Shown here: positions 1 to 45,082 of the stretch, piece after piece
Position numbering within the stretch: position 1 is the first letter of the stretch
Layout: each line of letters begins with the position of its first letter
NCBI RefSeq assembly: GCF_009914755.1
Contig: NC_060927.1
Reading direction: 5' to 3' (one strand)
Origin: the human T2T-CHM13v2.0 reference genome, Homo sapiens
DNA: 64,000 nt
Position numbers and translations under genes: made by a program
Notes under the pieces: generated by a model
Told to the model about the DNA's origin: nothing
The model's input: only the letters and a program-made list of their open reading frames with translations
Database searches by the model: none

Positions 1-162
1 TTAATTGCATGATCTAAAACTTTAAATCTGGGCAGTTTTGCTCTGTCAACACATCCAGTTAGCCAACTTATCCTCCTATAAATGTAAATAAGACATTTGT
101 GATTTTTTTTTTCAGAGTAACTACAAAAGGAAAATATTTTCTCTAGTTCTAAAAAATTTTCT

Positions 163-782
163 TGGATCCCTGGATATCTTTTTTTTTTTTAAGGTTCAAT
201 CACACTTTATTCATTTATGTTTTTAAGTTTTTTAGGTCATACATTTCCTCAATTCTTCATACATTTTATTTCAGTCAATTAAATTACAAAACAATACAAG
301 CTTTTTAAATTCAAAGTCTAAAGTATATAAAGTAATAATGATTCCCTCTCTTTCTCTTACCCTTCAACTTCACCTTGCTAATGTAACAAACTTAATAATT
401 TAATGTGTATCTTTTTTTATTTTCTACTAGTTTATTCTTTGATTAGAATCCAATAAGATCCAAAAAAAAGAAAGAACCCAATAAGATCCATACATGGCAG
501 TTGGCCAAGTTTTTTTTTAATCTATTGGTTTCTCCTCCATCTCTCTTCTTTTTCTTTCTTTTTTTTAAATTTTATTATTAGTATACTTTAAGTTTTAGGG
601 TACATGTGCACAACGTGGGAATTGAACAATGAGAACACATGGACACAGGAAGGGGAACATCACACACCGGGGACTATTGTGGAGTGTGGGGAGCGGGGAG
701 GGATAGCATTAAGAGATATACCTAATGCTAAATGACGAGTTAATGGGTGCAGCACACCAACATGGATCCCTGGATATCTTTT
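163..782 (-). mobile_element. Severely 5'-truncated L1PA (about L1PA3-5) insertion with 5' inversion and 3' transduction
   Basis: Direct repeat TGGATCCCTGGATATCTTTT at 163-182 and 763-782; poly(T) to 190; non-L1 segment 191-~545; T-rich tail and L1 3' end on the minus strand ~546-617; inverted L1 3'UTR piece on the plus strand 615-765. Confidence 0.9.
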
Positions 783-900
783 ACCCTTATTTTGGTTGCA
801 AATCTGTGAAGAAGCCTTGGAATTAAGAATGGGCATAGTCCACAAAATCATTCTTTAAATTTCTCCTTAGACAAAATTAGAATATAAAGTGCATGCATCT

Positions 901-1205
901 GGTTAGGTGCAGTGATTAACGCCTGTAATCTCAGCACTTGGGAGGCCAAGTCAGGTGGATCACTTGATGTCAGGAGTTTGAGACCACCTGGCCAACATGG
1001 TGAAACTCTGTCTCTGCAAAAATACAAAAATTTACCTGGCATGGTGGTGCGTGCCTGTAATGCCAGCTACTCAGGAGGCTGAGGCAGGAGAATCTCTTGA
1101 ATCTGGGAGGCGGAGGTTGCAATGAGCTAAGATGGCATCACTGCACTCTAGCCTGGGTGACGGAGCGAGACTCCATCTCAAAAATAATAATAACAAAAGT
1201 AAAAA
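901..1205 (+). mobile_element. AluS-type SINE
   Basis: Full dimeric Alu with A-rich tail; TSD AAAGT(G/A)CATGCATCT at 886-900 and 1206-1220. Confidence 0.93.
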
Positions 1206-2630
1206 AAAGTACATGCATCTAATATAAATATGGAAAGTATTTTAAATAATAAAAAATGAAGACATATTTGATACAGAATGAGTTTGATTTTCTCTATTAT
1301 ATTCATATTCAGAACTATAGCGTGTGTTTTTATTTTTTCATGGCTCTTTTGTCAGTATGTACCTTAAAACCCCAAATTATTACTTCCTACTTTCTACTTC
1401 TAAATATTTATGAATGAAGAAAACAATTAAAAATGTTTAAATGGTCAAATAATAACTAAACATTCTATTGGTAAAATGCAGTTACACATTAATCATTGTG
1501 AACATATAAATGCAATCTCAATGTTAGTTTGGTTTCTTGAGCAGAATGAAGAAGGTAGAAGAAAGTGAAGATTTTAGTCCATTTCTTAGAGAGCTAAACT
1601 TTATCTTATAAATTACCCATGGAGAAATAGATTCTCCATGGGTCATTTCACTATTTTTAAACTTCTTCATGTATAATTTTTTTTTTACAATAACTTGCCT
1701 AAAACCTTTATTCTTAAATGTAAATCTTTCAAAACAATTTATTCTTGGTAAGATGGTACATATCTAAATCCAAATATTTGTCCAGGGCCCCTTCATAGAT
1801 ATTGAGTTGCTCTTTGATGAATTCTCAACTCTCTGGAATCAGAACTTTATTATAAACGAAGTAGTCATAACGATCTACATTGTGAGTCTCTTTTAATCTG
1901 AACAAATATAGGACTCTCAAGTACAACTGGCACACCCTGGGATTGTCCTTTGAAATTTTGGTCAATGAAATGCTAGGTCTTGTAAAAGAAAGATTGACAT
2001 AGAGAACATTTCTAGAGGGAAGGTTTTTATGATGGATGCATAATTTTAACACTGGAAAATCTGAATTATTAAAGGGAAAACTTCCATCTTCCCTATTCAT
2101 GTTGCATCTTTAACAAAAAGAAAATTAGAGCTACGTCAAAGACAGAATAATTATGTTGCATTCACCCTCTTAAATATAAACGTATGTCTAAATCTCTATA
2201 GAAACTATGGTGGTCATAATCTTAGAAACATGGTTTGTCTCATGGTATATGAAGTTAACAGAGAGCATTTAGAGCTGTTACCAGTGTGTCAATTGTAATG
2301 TTATGACTAAAATGTTAGAATAAAATATAACAAAAACAATGCAGTGCATCCTGTATATATGGAATGCCATTTTTTGAGGTCTACAGTTTTCTGTAAACTA
2401 TTTTCGTATAAGGTGTGAATATATTTTTAATTTTAGTATAAGTAATAAGCTACAATAATAAATACAAGACATTTAAAAACAGGCAAAGGAATATTTCATA
2501 CTGGACATTGTAGAACTCCAGGTTGCATTTATATAATTTCAAATGAATGATAAAGTATTCAGAAATATGTATTTTATAACCATAGGCTAGCATTTCATAA
2601 GCTTTAAAAAATAATTTTTTTTCTCAACAG

Positions 2631-33750
<31,120 letters not shown>

Positions 33751-33876
33751 TGAATAAAACCATAAATCTTTGAGAGTTTTTTGAAAGCAAATCATTCTGT
33801 ATATATGCTCTCCAGCCTCTGACACAAGATGCGTTCTTAATACAGACTTGTTTGCAAAGAAAAAAAAAAGTATATT

Positions 33877-33913
33877 ATTAAAATCCTGTAAATATCTATG
33901 GTATATTAATAAA
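33877..33913 (+). terminator. Probable CNTN6 polyadenylation signals
   Basis: ATTAAA at 33877-33882 and AATAAA at 33908-33913, followed by T-rich sequence, about 160 nt after the stop codon. Confidence 0.65.
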
Positions 33914-36467
33914 ACAATTTTAAACACTTTTGAATTTTAAAATCCGCACATGATTACATGAATTCCTAGGTGCCACATTAACCTGGGGAGTTGTAACTGC
34001 TGTGTCTTTTAAGTTACTTATATGGAGAAAATAAATAACTCCCCTCAATGATGCTGATGATGAATACAAACTTGGCTCCTAGTTACCATAACTCACATGT
34101 ACATTTTTATGTATTCCAGACAATCACTTCAGTATTTAAAATTTCCACCCTACTTCAAAATAAAATACAATTATTTGTTTATAGTTGGGATTCTTTAAAA
34201 ATACAAACTATTCCAAAGCATGGGGTGCTTTTATCTCTGAATCAAGTTGGAATAAGAAATCTTTTTACTCAAGAATATTTCAATATACATGATGTTCTTC
34301 TCAGCCCACTTTTCAGAAGATTCAGTCACAATAAAGGCAGAAAAAGTATTTTATGGCAAAGAAAAATAAATGATGGGAAATGAGCACCCACCTAAAATAA
34401 TCTTCTAACAACTCTGGTATATATTAAGCAATTGCTCATGGCAAAGTTGAACATTTGAACTGCTGCATGAACAAATCTCAGGTAATTATGACAAGTTGAT
34501 TGCAATGTATGTGGCCTTATTTTTATAATAAAACAATGTGGAAACAGAATTATTTGATCAAGTTTTCTACACTTTGGTCAAAATATTATTTTTTGCCAAT
34601 CTTCTCTGCAGCTATGAAAACAATTCTACATGAACCAGGGTTTAGAAAGATTGTGTGGGTTGACTTTTCTCTAGGGTGAGCCTGTTTCAGTCAGTGACCT
34701 CACTTCTTAGGATTGTGTAGTCTGGAGAAAGCAGTCTGGGAGAAGGTGAGATTAGTGACCTGGCCCATAGAATGCTATGTAACCACCCCCCTTCCTCCAC
34801 AAACAGCCTTGAGAGGTCAGTTCCTGCTGTCAGCCTTCTCTGGCTCCCAGCCAGTCAGGTTTGTTGTCCTTTAGAGCTAAATGTGAGAAATGCTCACGTG
34901 ACTTTTATCTTCTTAACATGGTGCAACCTCTTAATTATGTTGAGAATATTTGAGCTATTCTCACAACCCTCAAATCATACAATCCTCAATATGGGATTTT
35001 GTCATTTGCATGTCTGAGGTATTTTAGAACTCTTTAAAATACCCCATGTAGTCAGCAGCAGATGAACAATGGCTTTCATAGTTCAGAACTTGCTCCTTGC
35101 CTGAACAGTGTGTCAAGCACACAATGCAAATTAATGAGCCTTATTCTCCCCATTGCCATATGATCTGACTGTGCTTTTGTAGAGCAAAACAAATAAGCAA
35201 CAACAAATACTATTTGGCACACCCGTGTTAACAGCTGCCTGGCCAAGATACATCTGAATTGACCAGAGATACCAGTGCTGGCACATGGTCTTAATGGTTT
35301 CCTTAATTTGGTAAGAGACAAGATTTGTGTCCTCCTCCCCAAAGAAGACATTGAGGGTTAAAAATACTGTGAGGTTTTTGTTTCTACTAATTAAGTGAAT
35401 CAGATATACAGTCATTTGTGTGTGAGTTCAAAAGCTAAGTTAGTTTTTATCAATAATTCTTATATGTTTGCAGAGTACTATTTAGTTCATGATTTCTGGA
35501 ATATTAAATGTCTGTATTCACTGTCTAACATATCTAACATATTATTTATCTTTTCATCAGTTCACTAAATTTTTCAGAATATACTTTGGCATTAATAATA
35601 AGCAGCATGGGCTTTGGTGCGATAGGAATCTCTCCTCTTAGTGAAAACTTGGACATATTTCTTTTAACATCTCCATTTCACTAATATCAGAACAATAGAG
35701 TGTTATGTACATAAGGTATTTGGCATGGTGCAAGGAACATTGTAAGTTGTCAATAAATGGAGCTGCTGTTATCTGCTGCTATGAATTAAATCCCAAATGA
35801 CATAAGTTATTACGTTTACATATCCAATATATTATGAAAATAGTTTCAACCTGTGTTTATGTCAAAATCCAAACCAGCTTCAAGAAAAATGAATTGATCA
35901 CCTACTCTCCATACTACATGGCACTCAAGGATGAAAACAGTGGTGATTCTAATAACCTGTTTCAGGGAAATGTTCTACATGATGTGTATACTCCTCTGAC
36001 ATTCAAGAAGGATTTCCAGTGCATCCCTGTATTGACTGAGTAGACTGCTGTTATAAACATGATATGTCATTTCCATACTTCCTACAAAAAAGGGAGATAA
36101 TGTGATTGTACCTGGAAATGGCTGGAGAAGGAACCAGAAATAAGGTTTAGGAGACTCAACACAGTGGAAATACCACTTTAAAGCTATGGACTGCCTAGAT
36201 CGTGTAGAGTTCAAACACAGCTTCATTTTTTTCTCTTTTGTTCACACTCTAATCCTCCATGCTCAGTGTCTCTTTTCTATCTATACAGCAGGGGGTGAGG
36301 AGGGCATGGCTGCTGTCTTTAAAAACAAATGCAGATGGTGAGGGATGACCTGGAACCTATATGGATTCTAAATGTAATAACATAATTATTACTTCTCATA
36401 AGTAAATCTAGTATTTTTATACTTCTATGTATGTCAGTCTTGAGATGCAACATGGAGTACACACTCC

Positions 36468-36837
36468 TGTATTAGTCCATTTTCATACTGCTATGAAGAA
36501 ATACCTGAGATTGGGTAATTTATAAAGAAAAAGAGGTTTAATGGACTCACAGCACCACATGACTGGGAAGGCCTCATAATCATGGTGAAAGGTGAAGGAG
36601 GAGCAAAGACACATCATACATGGCAGCAGGCAAGAGAGTGTGTATAGGGAAACTACCCTTTATAATACCATCAGATCTCATGAGACTTATTCACTATCAT
36701 GAGAACAGAAAAAAAAAAAACCACCCCCATGATTCAATTACCTCCCACCAGGTCCCTCCCATGACATGTGGGGATTAGGATTATGAGAGCTACAAGTCAA
36801 AATGAGATTTTGGTGGGAACACAGCCAAACCACATCA
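36468..36837 (-). mobile_element. THE1/MST solo LTR
   Basis: TGTATTAGTCCATTTTCATACTGCT...ACAGCCAAACCACATCA with a 5-bp TSD ACTCC on both sides. Confidence 0.9.
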
Positions 36838-36938
36838 ACTCCCTGTGTACAATTATTACTTAATGTGCTATAGAACTACATATTGAATTCAGGAGATATT
36901 TTGTTCTAGACAATCACATCTTTGTTGAGGTCAATACT

Positions 36939-36971
36939 TGCATTAGGATTCTCCAGAGAAACAGAGCCAAT

Positions 36972-37009
<38 letters not shown>

Positions 37010-37439
37010 TGGAGAGAGAAAGAAATATATTACAAGGAACTGACTCATGTGATTATGGAGACTGAGAAGTCCAAATGCAAGAGAGCCTTTGATACAGTTC
37101 CAGACTGAGCTGAAGGCTAAGAACCAGGAGGGCCAATAGTGTAAATTCCAGTCGGAGTCCAAATCCAAAGGCAGGATGAAACTTACTTATAATCTAGCTC
37201 AAAGACAATCAGGCAAAGAAGAATAATTGTTTCTTACTCAGGCTTCTTGTCTATTCAGGCCTTCACCAGATTGGATGATGCCCACCTGCAATGAGGAGTA
37301 CAATCTGCCCTACTCCATCTACCAATTAAATGTATTAATCTCATCCGCAAAATCCATCACAGACACAGCTAGAATGTGTAATCAAATATCTGGGCACCAA
37401 ATGGCCCAGTGGAGCTGACACATAAAATTAACTATCACA
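36939..37439 (-). mobile_element. MLT2 (ERVL) LTR containing a (TG)n tract
   Basis: TTAGGATTCTCCAGAGAAACAGAGCCAATAGG(TG)n...TGACACATAAAATTAACTATCACA. Confidence 0.8.
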
Positions 37440-38247
37440 GTATTCTTTGGGCTGATATTAAATAATTCAATTCTGCTTTCATCAGCTTTTGGAATGAAAT
37501 TATTTAAATGCTCCTCTCAATTTATTCATTTGTAAAATCATATGTTGGGATGACAAGATCTCAGAGTTCTTTTAAAACTCTATAATTTTGTACTAATGTG
37601 CATAATGTGTGACTTCTTTGGGTATAAGACAGTATTTCAGAAACCTTCACAACCCACACATACTCTACAGTCCTTTCCCTTTTTTTCCCCTGTGTTTTTA
37701 CCAGTCGTTCCGTGCCTTTTAAACTGGAGTTTACATTACTAAAATTGAGCATGCTTTTTCAAACTACAAAAGACCCTCAGAGTTTCTAACCCGTCTCTGC
37801 ACTCCATTGAGAATCACTGGTGTATTGCAGTGGTTCCCAAGGGCAGGACTATAATGAAGTTTTCACTGTTCAGTGAAAAAAATAAGAAAAACATGTAGAG
37901 TTTGGTGAGCTATTCATAATGAATAATTTGTGAAATATGGCTTTCCTGCACTGTGAAATGCTCATTCTTTGGGGAAACAAAGTTGAGAATGGATCACAGT
38001 TTGTTTTACCTGCTCTGTTTTAAAATAATTTACTTGGGAAAAGAGTAGATTACTTTATATCAAGTTCAATTATTTTTATTATTAAAAATGTTTATCTTCT
38101 AAGGAAAATGAAAAGTTGAAAACCACTGGTGTTGTCATCTTTTTAATATTTCTTTAATCTCATAACCATTAAATTAGCAATTTGACTTTGTGTGTTGAAC
38201 TGTAGTTTATATGCCAAAACACCAAGGTTCTGAGTTCTATAGAATTA

Positions 38248-38380
38248 TTGTTTACTTATATAAATATTTATATTTACTTATAAATTTACTTATATGAATA
38301 TTAATTTACTTATATAATTATATTAATTTACTTATTAATTTACTTATATAAATTACTTATATACATTTACTTATATAAAT
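38248..38380. repeat. Degenerate AT-rich minisatellite
   Basis: Repeated TTTACTTATATAAA-like units. Confidence 0.85.
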
Positions 38381-38787
38381 CTAGGAAATATGGCCTACCA
38401 CTTATAACAAAACATGAATATAATTAGATTGCAAGAAAAATAGAATGTCAAAATCCTGACTTTTTTAATATCTTAAAATATGGAAATTATTTGCTTTCCA
38501 CTTTTCTATGTTAAAAATTATTTCATGAAATTAAATATAGTTAGCTGTTAGGCTTTCTTTAATGTATTTACAAATGATTTTAGCAAAATAATTTTATTTT
38601 AGCAAAATAATTTTTATTGAAAGATACATTTATTTCTTCAGTTTTTTTCAAATATTATTGTTCTTAACAGTGCTTGGTGTGGTCCTGGGCAGAGAATGAT
38701 GCTTAAAACATGTATTTGCTTTCTGGACTGATTTATACAGCCAACTGTTGGCAATTTGTTTTCCCTTGGTTTCCTTAATAAAATAAG

Positions 38788-39145
<358 letters not shown>

Positions 39146-40077
39146 CTATTTTAAAACACATACTTTAAAATCTAGTTAGATGTGCCTTAGAAGATCCTTA
39201 TTTTGTTTGGAGTAAAGCTCTGGAGGAAAGCTCACGCGATGACTCTTTAAATAAAGATAGCAAGTTGCAGCTCAATGAGAGTGAAAAGAAATCTTGATGT
39301 AAAGTGTTTTGTTCCCTACACCCATTAAAGAGAAGGAGTAAGCTAGGCTAAAATGTTTGTGGGTATATCATGTTATTCCTGGAACTGAATGCTCTGTTGG
39401 ATAGAATCCTATTCTTAAGCAGTGATTAATTAATGTTTATAAATCACTTCAAAGATGGAAAGCATTGTATAAAGTCTAATCATTTCTATTATAGTGATTT
39501 TTTTCCAAGAAGTATATTGACTTTTTGCAATAGCAGTTTGAAAAAGCATGCATTTGTGACTGAGGCCAGGTATCATGCCTGGAGGAAAATAGTAATTGGA
39601 AAGTTTGAAAGGTAATAATTCTGAGATACTGAAAATTTAGGTGAATTTATAATAGCAGACTATTATAAATTAGTCCAGTCTGCATGGACTAAATAATTTT
39701 AATTCAAACGTGAAGTAATCTACATCTATTCATGACAGTTTTCAGCCTGTGAAATAAATGTCATAGCAACAGACTGTGTTCCTGAAATGATATATACCTG
39801 TAACAAACCTCAGGTAATCTCAGGGGCTTTCATAGTAACAATAATGAGTTTAGGGAACTTTTATTACCTGTAACTGCAGTAGTTATAAAACCCCCCAAAA
39901 CTAAAACTAACTTGGAACAGATTCATTTTAGCCTATTTTTGTTGACAGAAAGCGTAATTAGATATATTACTGGCCTTTTTTCCTTATCTGTGTAAAAGTG
40001 AAAATGTTGTAATTTAGGCATCAAAATTACTGTTGTATTTAGACTTGCAAACATACTGAGATATTTTCATCTTCTAA

Positions 40078-40453
<376 letters not shown>

Positions 40454-40626
40454 GAGTCTACAATTTTCTAAAAGAGATTCCTAAGTCCGAGGACATGGCT
40501 CAGGTTATTTTGAGTAATGTTTGGACTCACATAATATTTCAAACTAGATGACAGTTGAAAAAAGACTGTAACTAGTTAAGGAAAATCTGAAAACCCACAA
40601 CTTGTTGGTGTCAATAGGTAGACAGT

Positions 40627-40748
40627 ACTCGAGAGGCTGAGGCTGGAAGATGACTGGATCTCAGGAGTTCAAGGCTGCAGTGAGCTATGATCACGCCACT
40701 GCACGCCAGCCTGGGCAACAGAGCAAGACTATGTCTCAAAGAAAAAAT
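40627..40748 (+). mobile_element. AluJ/FRAM right-arm fragment
   Basis: GAGGCTGAGGC...GGAGTTCAAGGCTGCAGTGAGCTATGATCACGCCACTGCAC...GTCTCAAA. Confidence 0.85.
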
Positions 40749-41290
40749 TGACAGAATGGAAATTAATATTCATTTAATATCTGTTGATAACAACTAAGAT
40801 ACCAGATTTTTCTACCTGAAATTGATATTCTTCATCAGAAAACTTCATGCCTTGTATTATATCATGTTACATTAGGTTGCCTTACACCATATTTTATTAT
40901 TTAATTATCATATGTCTCATTTTGTTTTAGAAAATGAATAATGAGTTCCAGAGGCGATGGACCTTATCTTTGCATTTCCCCTTGCATCCATCACACCCAG
41001 AAGAGTACCTGACATCCAGTAGTTGCTCAACACATATGTTTTCAATGAATATACAAACAAAAGAAAGTGTTGAGTGTGCATTACTTAATAAAATCTCATT
41101 GCCACTCCTGGAAAAGTGGCAAAGCTAACCTAAAGAATTTTGTCTTTTGTAAAGCTTTCATATTAAAATATTATATTGTTTTTGCCTTATTATTTTTAAT
41201 AATTTATCATGGGGGATTTAACACACTTTTAAACATTTTTATCATCTTGTTATTATTGCTCTTTTTTGGGGTGTCTTTACTTGGGGGCTT

Positions 41291-41608
41291 TTATTAATTT
41301 TATTTTATTTTATTTTATTTTACTTTAAGTTCTGGGATACATGTGCTGAACGTGCAGGTTTGTTACATAGGTATACATGTGCCATGGTGGTTTGCTGCAC
41401 CCATCAACCCATCATCTAGGTTTCAAGCCCCGCATGCATTAGGTATTTGTCCTAAGGCTCTCCCTCCCCTTGTCCCCCACCCCCAACAGGCCCTGGTGTG
41501 TGATGTTCCCCTCCCTGTGTCCATGTGTTCTCATTGTTCAGCTCCCACTTATGAGTGAGAACATGCGGTATTTGGTTTTCTGTCCCTGTGTTACTTTGCT
41601 AAGGCTGA
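41291..41608 (-). mobile_element. L1PA (about PA8-10) 3'-end fragment
   Basis: (TTTTA)n then TACTTTAAGTTCTGGGATACATGTGC...CCCACTTATGAGTGAGAACATGCGG. Confidence 0.88.
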
Positions 41609-42889
41609 TTGTAAAACAGTATAATTGAATATGACATACAGTTGATGCAGCACTCTCTGCATATAAAATATTTTAATTTTTTAAAGCTTTCTAAGATTAA
41701 AATAAATTTTAAGGGTAATGCTTTTTTAACAGAAAATACCATGTAATTTTATGAGAGTTTCTTTTCCTTCCCCTCAAAGATTTTTAAAAGACAATTCTCA
41801 AAATTTGTATAAACATGGCTATTAGAATTGCATAACCAAGCCAGAGAGCAACATCCATGGTGTCACAGAAGCCATGAGGATCATTCCAAGGTCTAAGTTG
41901 CAATTATTTTCCCTGCAGCCGAATTAACTAAAGTCTATACCCTTGATCATACACATAACAAAATGTAATAATCTTGTCATGCTACAATATTAAATCCATA
42001 TATTCAGCCAGGAAGATATTTTTAGTTGGCAGATATAACACAAACTTATGACTTCCCCTTTTTAGGTGCTACTTCTTTAGGTCATACTGTAAGATTCACT
42101 CAGTTTTATTTCCAAAAGCTCAAAATAACTGATGGATTTGCTGAAAATTTCAGAGAAAAAATAGTTCTTTGGCATTAAGGAAGTGGCAAACTTTCAGTAC
42201 AAGGTCAAACAGGTTAGATGTCATCAGTGCCTCTTTACTTAAAGTTGAAAATAGCTGTCAATGTTTAGATGTCAGATTTCATGTAAATCTCACTGTCCTT
42301 GAACCACTCTCAGTCTGCCTTCCTTCATGGCACTAAGCTGGTGAACTAGTGAGTAAGTCTTCTCTTCGAGAGGGAGCATTCTTCTCTTTACCATGCTCCT
42401 TTCCCAGCTTTCATAATCCATTTATGAACCTATCTGGCCCTTTTAGACATTTGAGTTTTGACCCTTGTTATATATGATGCAATGTACCTAGAAGACAATA
42501 TTTTATGGAGTCATTGTTTTTTACACCATATTACCTTATGCTCATTTATATGAACACCTCATTTCAGCTGTCATGAACTATGAGCATTTAATGTAAGAAA
42601 GTTGAACATTTACATAACAAGAAAAATAAAATTATAATGATAAGGAATTCATCTTGTAAAAATATGTATTTCTTTTTACATTGGGGTCAGAAACATGGCA
42701 ACTACTCATGGAATAGATACATTCACATTTATAATTGATCAAATCTGTCAAGAAAACATTACTTGTTTACCATGTTCTATGCATTGCACTTGACTCTACG
42801 AAAAAAAAAAAAAAAAAAAGCAGTGAAGAAGAGAAACATGCCACCGAGGTGAGGAGCAGGTAATAATTAAGCCAACTCTTCTCACTTCA

Positions 42890-43640
42890 AAACAACAATC
42901 ACCTGTTATGATAAGTGCTGAGGAAAAACAAGGAAGATGCTCTGATAGAGGATAAAACATGGGGCCAGATGGGTACCCCAAACTGGATTGGCAGATGGCT
43001 ATTCTTAGAGAAATATCATTTACAGAGAGACTTGAATGATGCAAAAGGTAGGCATGTTAAAAACGGAGAAAAAAGTATTCCAGACAGAAAAAGAAAAAAA
43101 GTCTGCAAATGCCTTGAGGAGAGGAAGAGCTTGGTATGTTCTAGTTACTCAAGGAAGTCTGGTGTGGATGGAAGATGGAGCTGAAAGGAGACTGAGGCAT
43201 GAGTTCACAGAGCCAACTGGAACCTGGTGATCCTGAAAGTTCCAGGTCTTCAGAAGTAACTTGGATTTAGGTTTTAAACATTACTTATGTTTTAAGAAGA
43301 TCACTCTGGTTACTGTGTGGTAAGTGGATTGCCATGTGTCAAGGAGAGAAACGAAGATTCTAATAGTAGTCCTTGTAATAGATCAGTGGTGGGTAGACTA
43401 GTTTGGTGGCAGGTAATAGACCTGTAGACTTGTCAAGAATTGCCCATTGATGAGATATAAGGAGAGTGAGGGATCCCTCTGAATATTTTAAAGCTACCTT
43501 TATTTTATCACATGGAGAATACCAGGGAATGATCATTCCTAGGAATACAGAAGATAGGGTGGTAGTCAAGATTCAGTTTGGGACATGATAAGTTAGAGAT
43601 CTCTATGAGAGATCTGGGTGGAGTTGTTAAAGAGACAGAT
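42890..43640 (-). mobile_element. L2-like fragment
   Basis: Purine-rich stretch with GATCACTCTGG and AGTTTGGGACATGATAAGTTAGAGAT motifs typical of antisense L2. Confidence 0.5.
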
Positions 43641-43987
43641 CTGGCAATTAGGGTCAAGGAGATCTGGGTTTCCCCAGAAGTTCTAGCTCTTTTATTAATG
43701 AGCAACACTGACCCTTGACTTGGAAGGTGACATTTGAGGTGACCTACTTCACTTTATGAGTCTCAAATTTTTCTTCCATATAATGCACTGCTTTGTTAGA
43801 GGAACACTTACATTATTATTAGTACTCAAGCAGTATAAATGTTGGACATTACTATTTTATGACAAGAACTCTCAAACTGCAAGATACTGAGTCAGTCATT
43901 GAAAGAGTTAAATTCAGATTACCATGCTGGCTTTATTAGGCTTAAGAGTGTTTTTGCCTTTAAGATGTTCAGAAAAAAGTTAACTAT

Positions 43988-44500
43988 AATATACACAATG
44001 GAATACTACTCAGCCATAAAAAAGAAGGAACCCTTGTAATCTGTGACAACATGGATGAACCTGTAGGACGTCTTGTTAAATAAGCCAGGCACCAAAAGAC
44101 AAATATTTCATGATCTCACTAATATGTGGAATCTTAAAAAGTTGATCTCATAGAAGCATAGAGCTGAATGGTGGTTATCAGAGGCTGGGGTGATTGTAGG
44201 GGAATGCACGTGAAGAGTTGGGAAGATGATGGTCCAAGGATACAAGCTTTCCATTAAATAGGATGAATAAGTTCAAGAGATCTGTTGTACCACAAGGTAA
44301 CTACAATTAGCAGCATATTGTATTCTTAAAAATGCTAAGTGGGTATAAAGTGTTCTCTCCACAAAAATGATAGTTACGTGATGTAATGAATACACTAATT
44401 AACTAGATTTAGTTGTTCCACAATGTATATATCATTTAAAACATCATGTTGTGCATGATAAATGAATCTAATTTTATATGTCAACTTACAAATTTTTTAA
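43988..44500 (+). mobile_element. L1MA-type 3' fragment
   Basis: ACACAATGGAATACTACTCAGCCATAAAAAAGAA...ATGAATAAGTTCAAGAGATCTG...AAAACATCATGTTGT. Confidence 0.8.
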
Positions 44501-45082
44501 AGATCATAAAAAGGAATTAACTGGAAAACTCCATTCCAAAATTAAATTGGTCATTAAGATTGAATACTGATAATTAATTCAGAACAAAAAGATTGTTCAG
44601 GTGTGACCAAATTCTAAAATGAGAAATTAACAAGTTTTGTTTTTTATCCTTGACTTGATTCTAAAAACAGAGTTCTCAAACTGTAAACTCATAAGCTTAA
44701 AGTAAACTTACGATTTGCTGGTCCTTGGCATTTTTCTTTTGCACCTTTAGAATTTTGCTTATGCTCCTTTTTCTGCATGGAATGTTCTCTTTCCTTTTTC
44801 TGCCTGGAATATTCTCTTTCCCTTTTCTGTGTGAAATATTCTCTTTCCTTTGCCTGGGGAGCAGCATCTTCAGCTACCAGCTCCAGTGCCAGCCACTGCA
44901 CTGCTGAGACTTTTGCTGCAGCCCACTCTCCTCAGACCACTCTCGCATTTTACTCAGTCCCTGGAGCTCCCTGTGTCCGTCTCAGTCATAGCATTTGGCA
45001 TTTGGTTTCTCAACCGTTGGTTTCCTTTCCTGCTTCTCTCACTTGATGGTGAATTAATTGGGGACTGTAAATTCTTCAGCAC

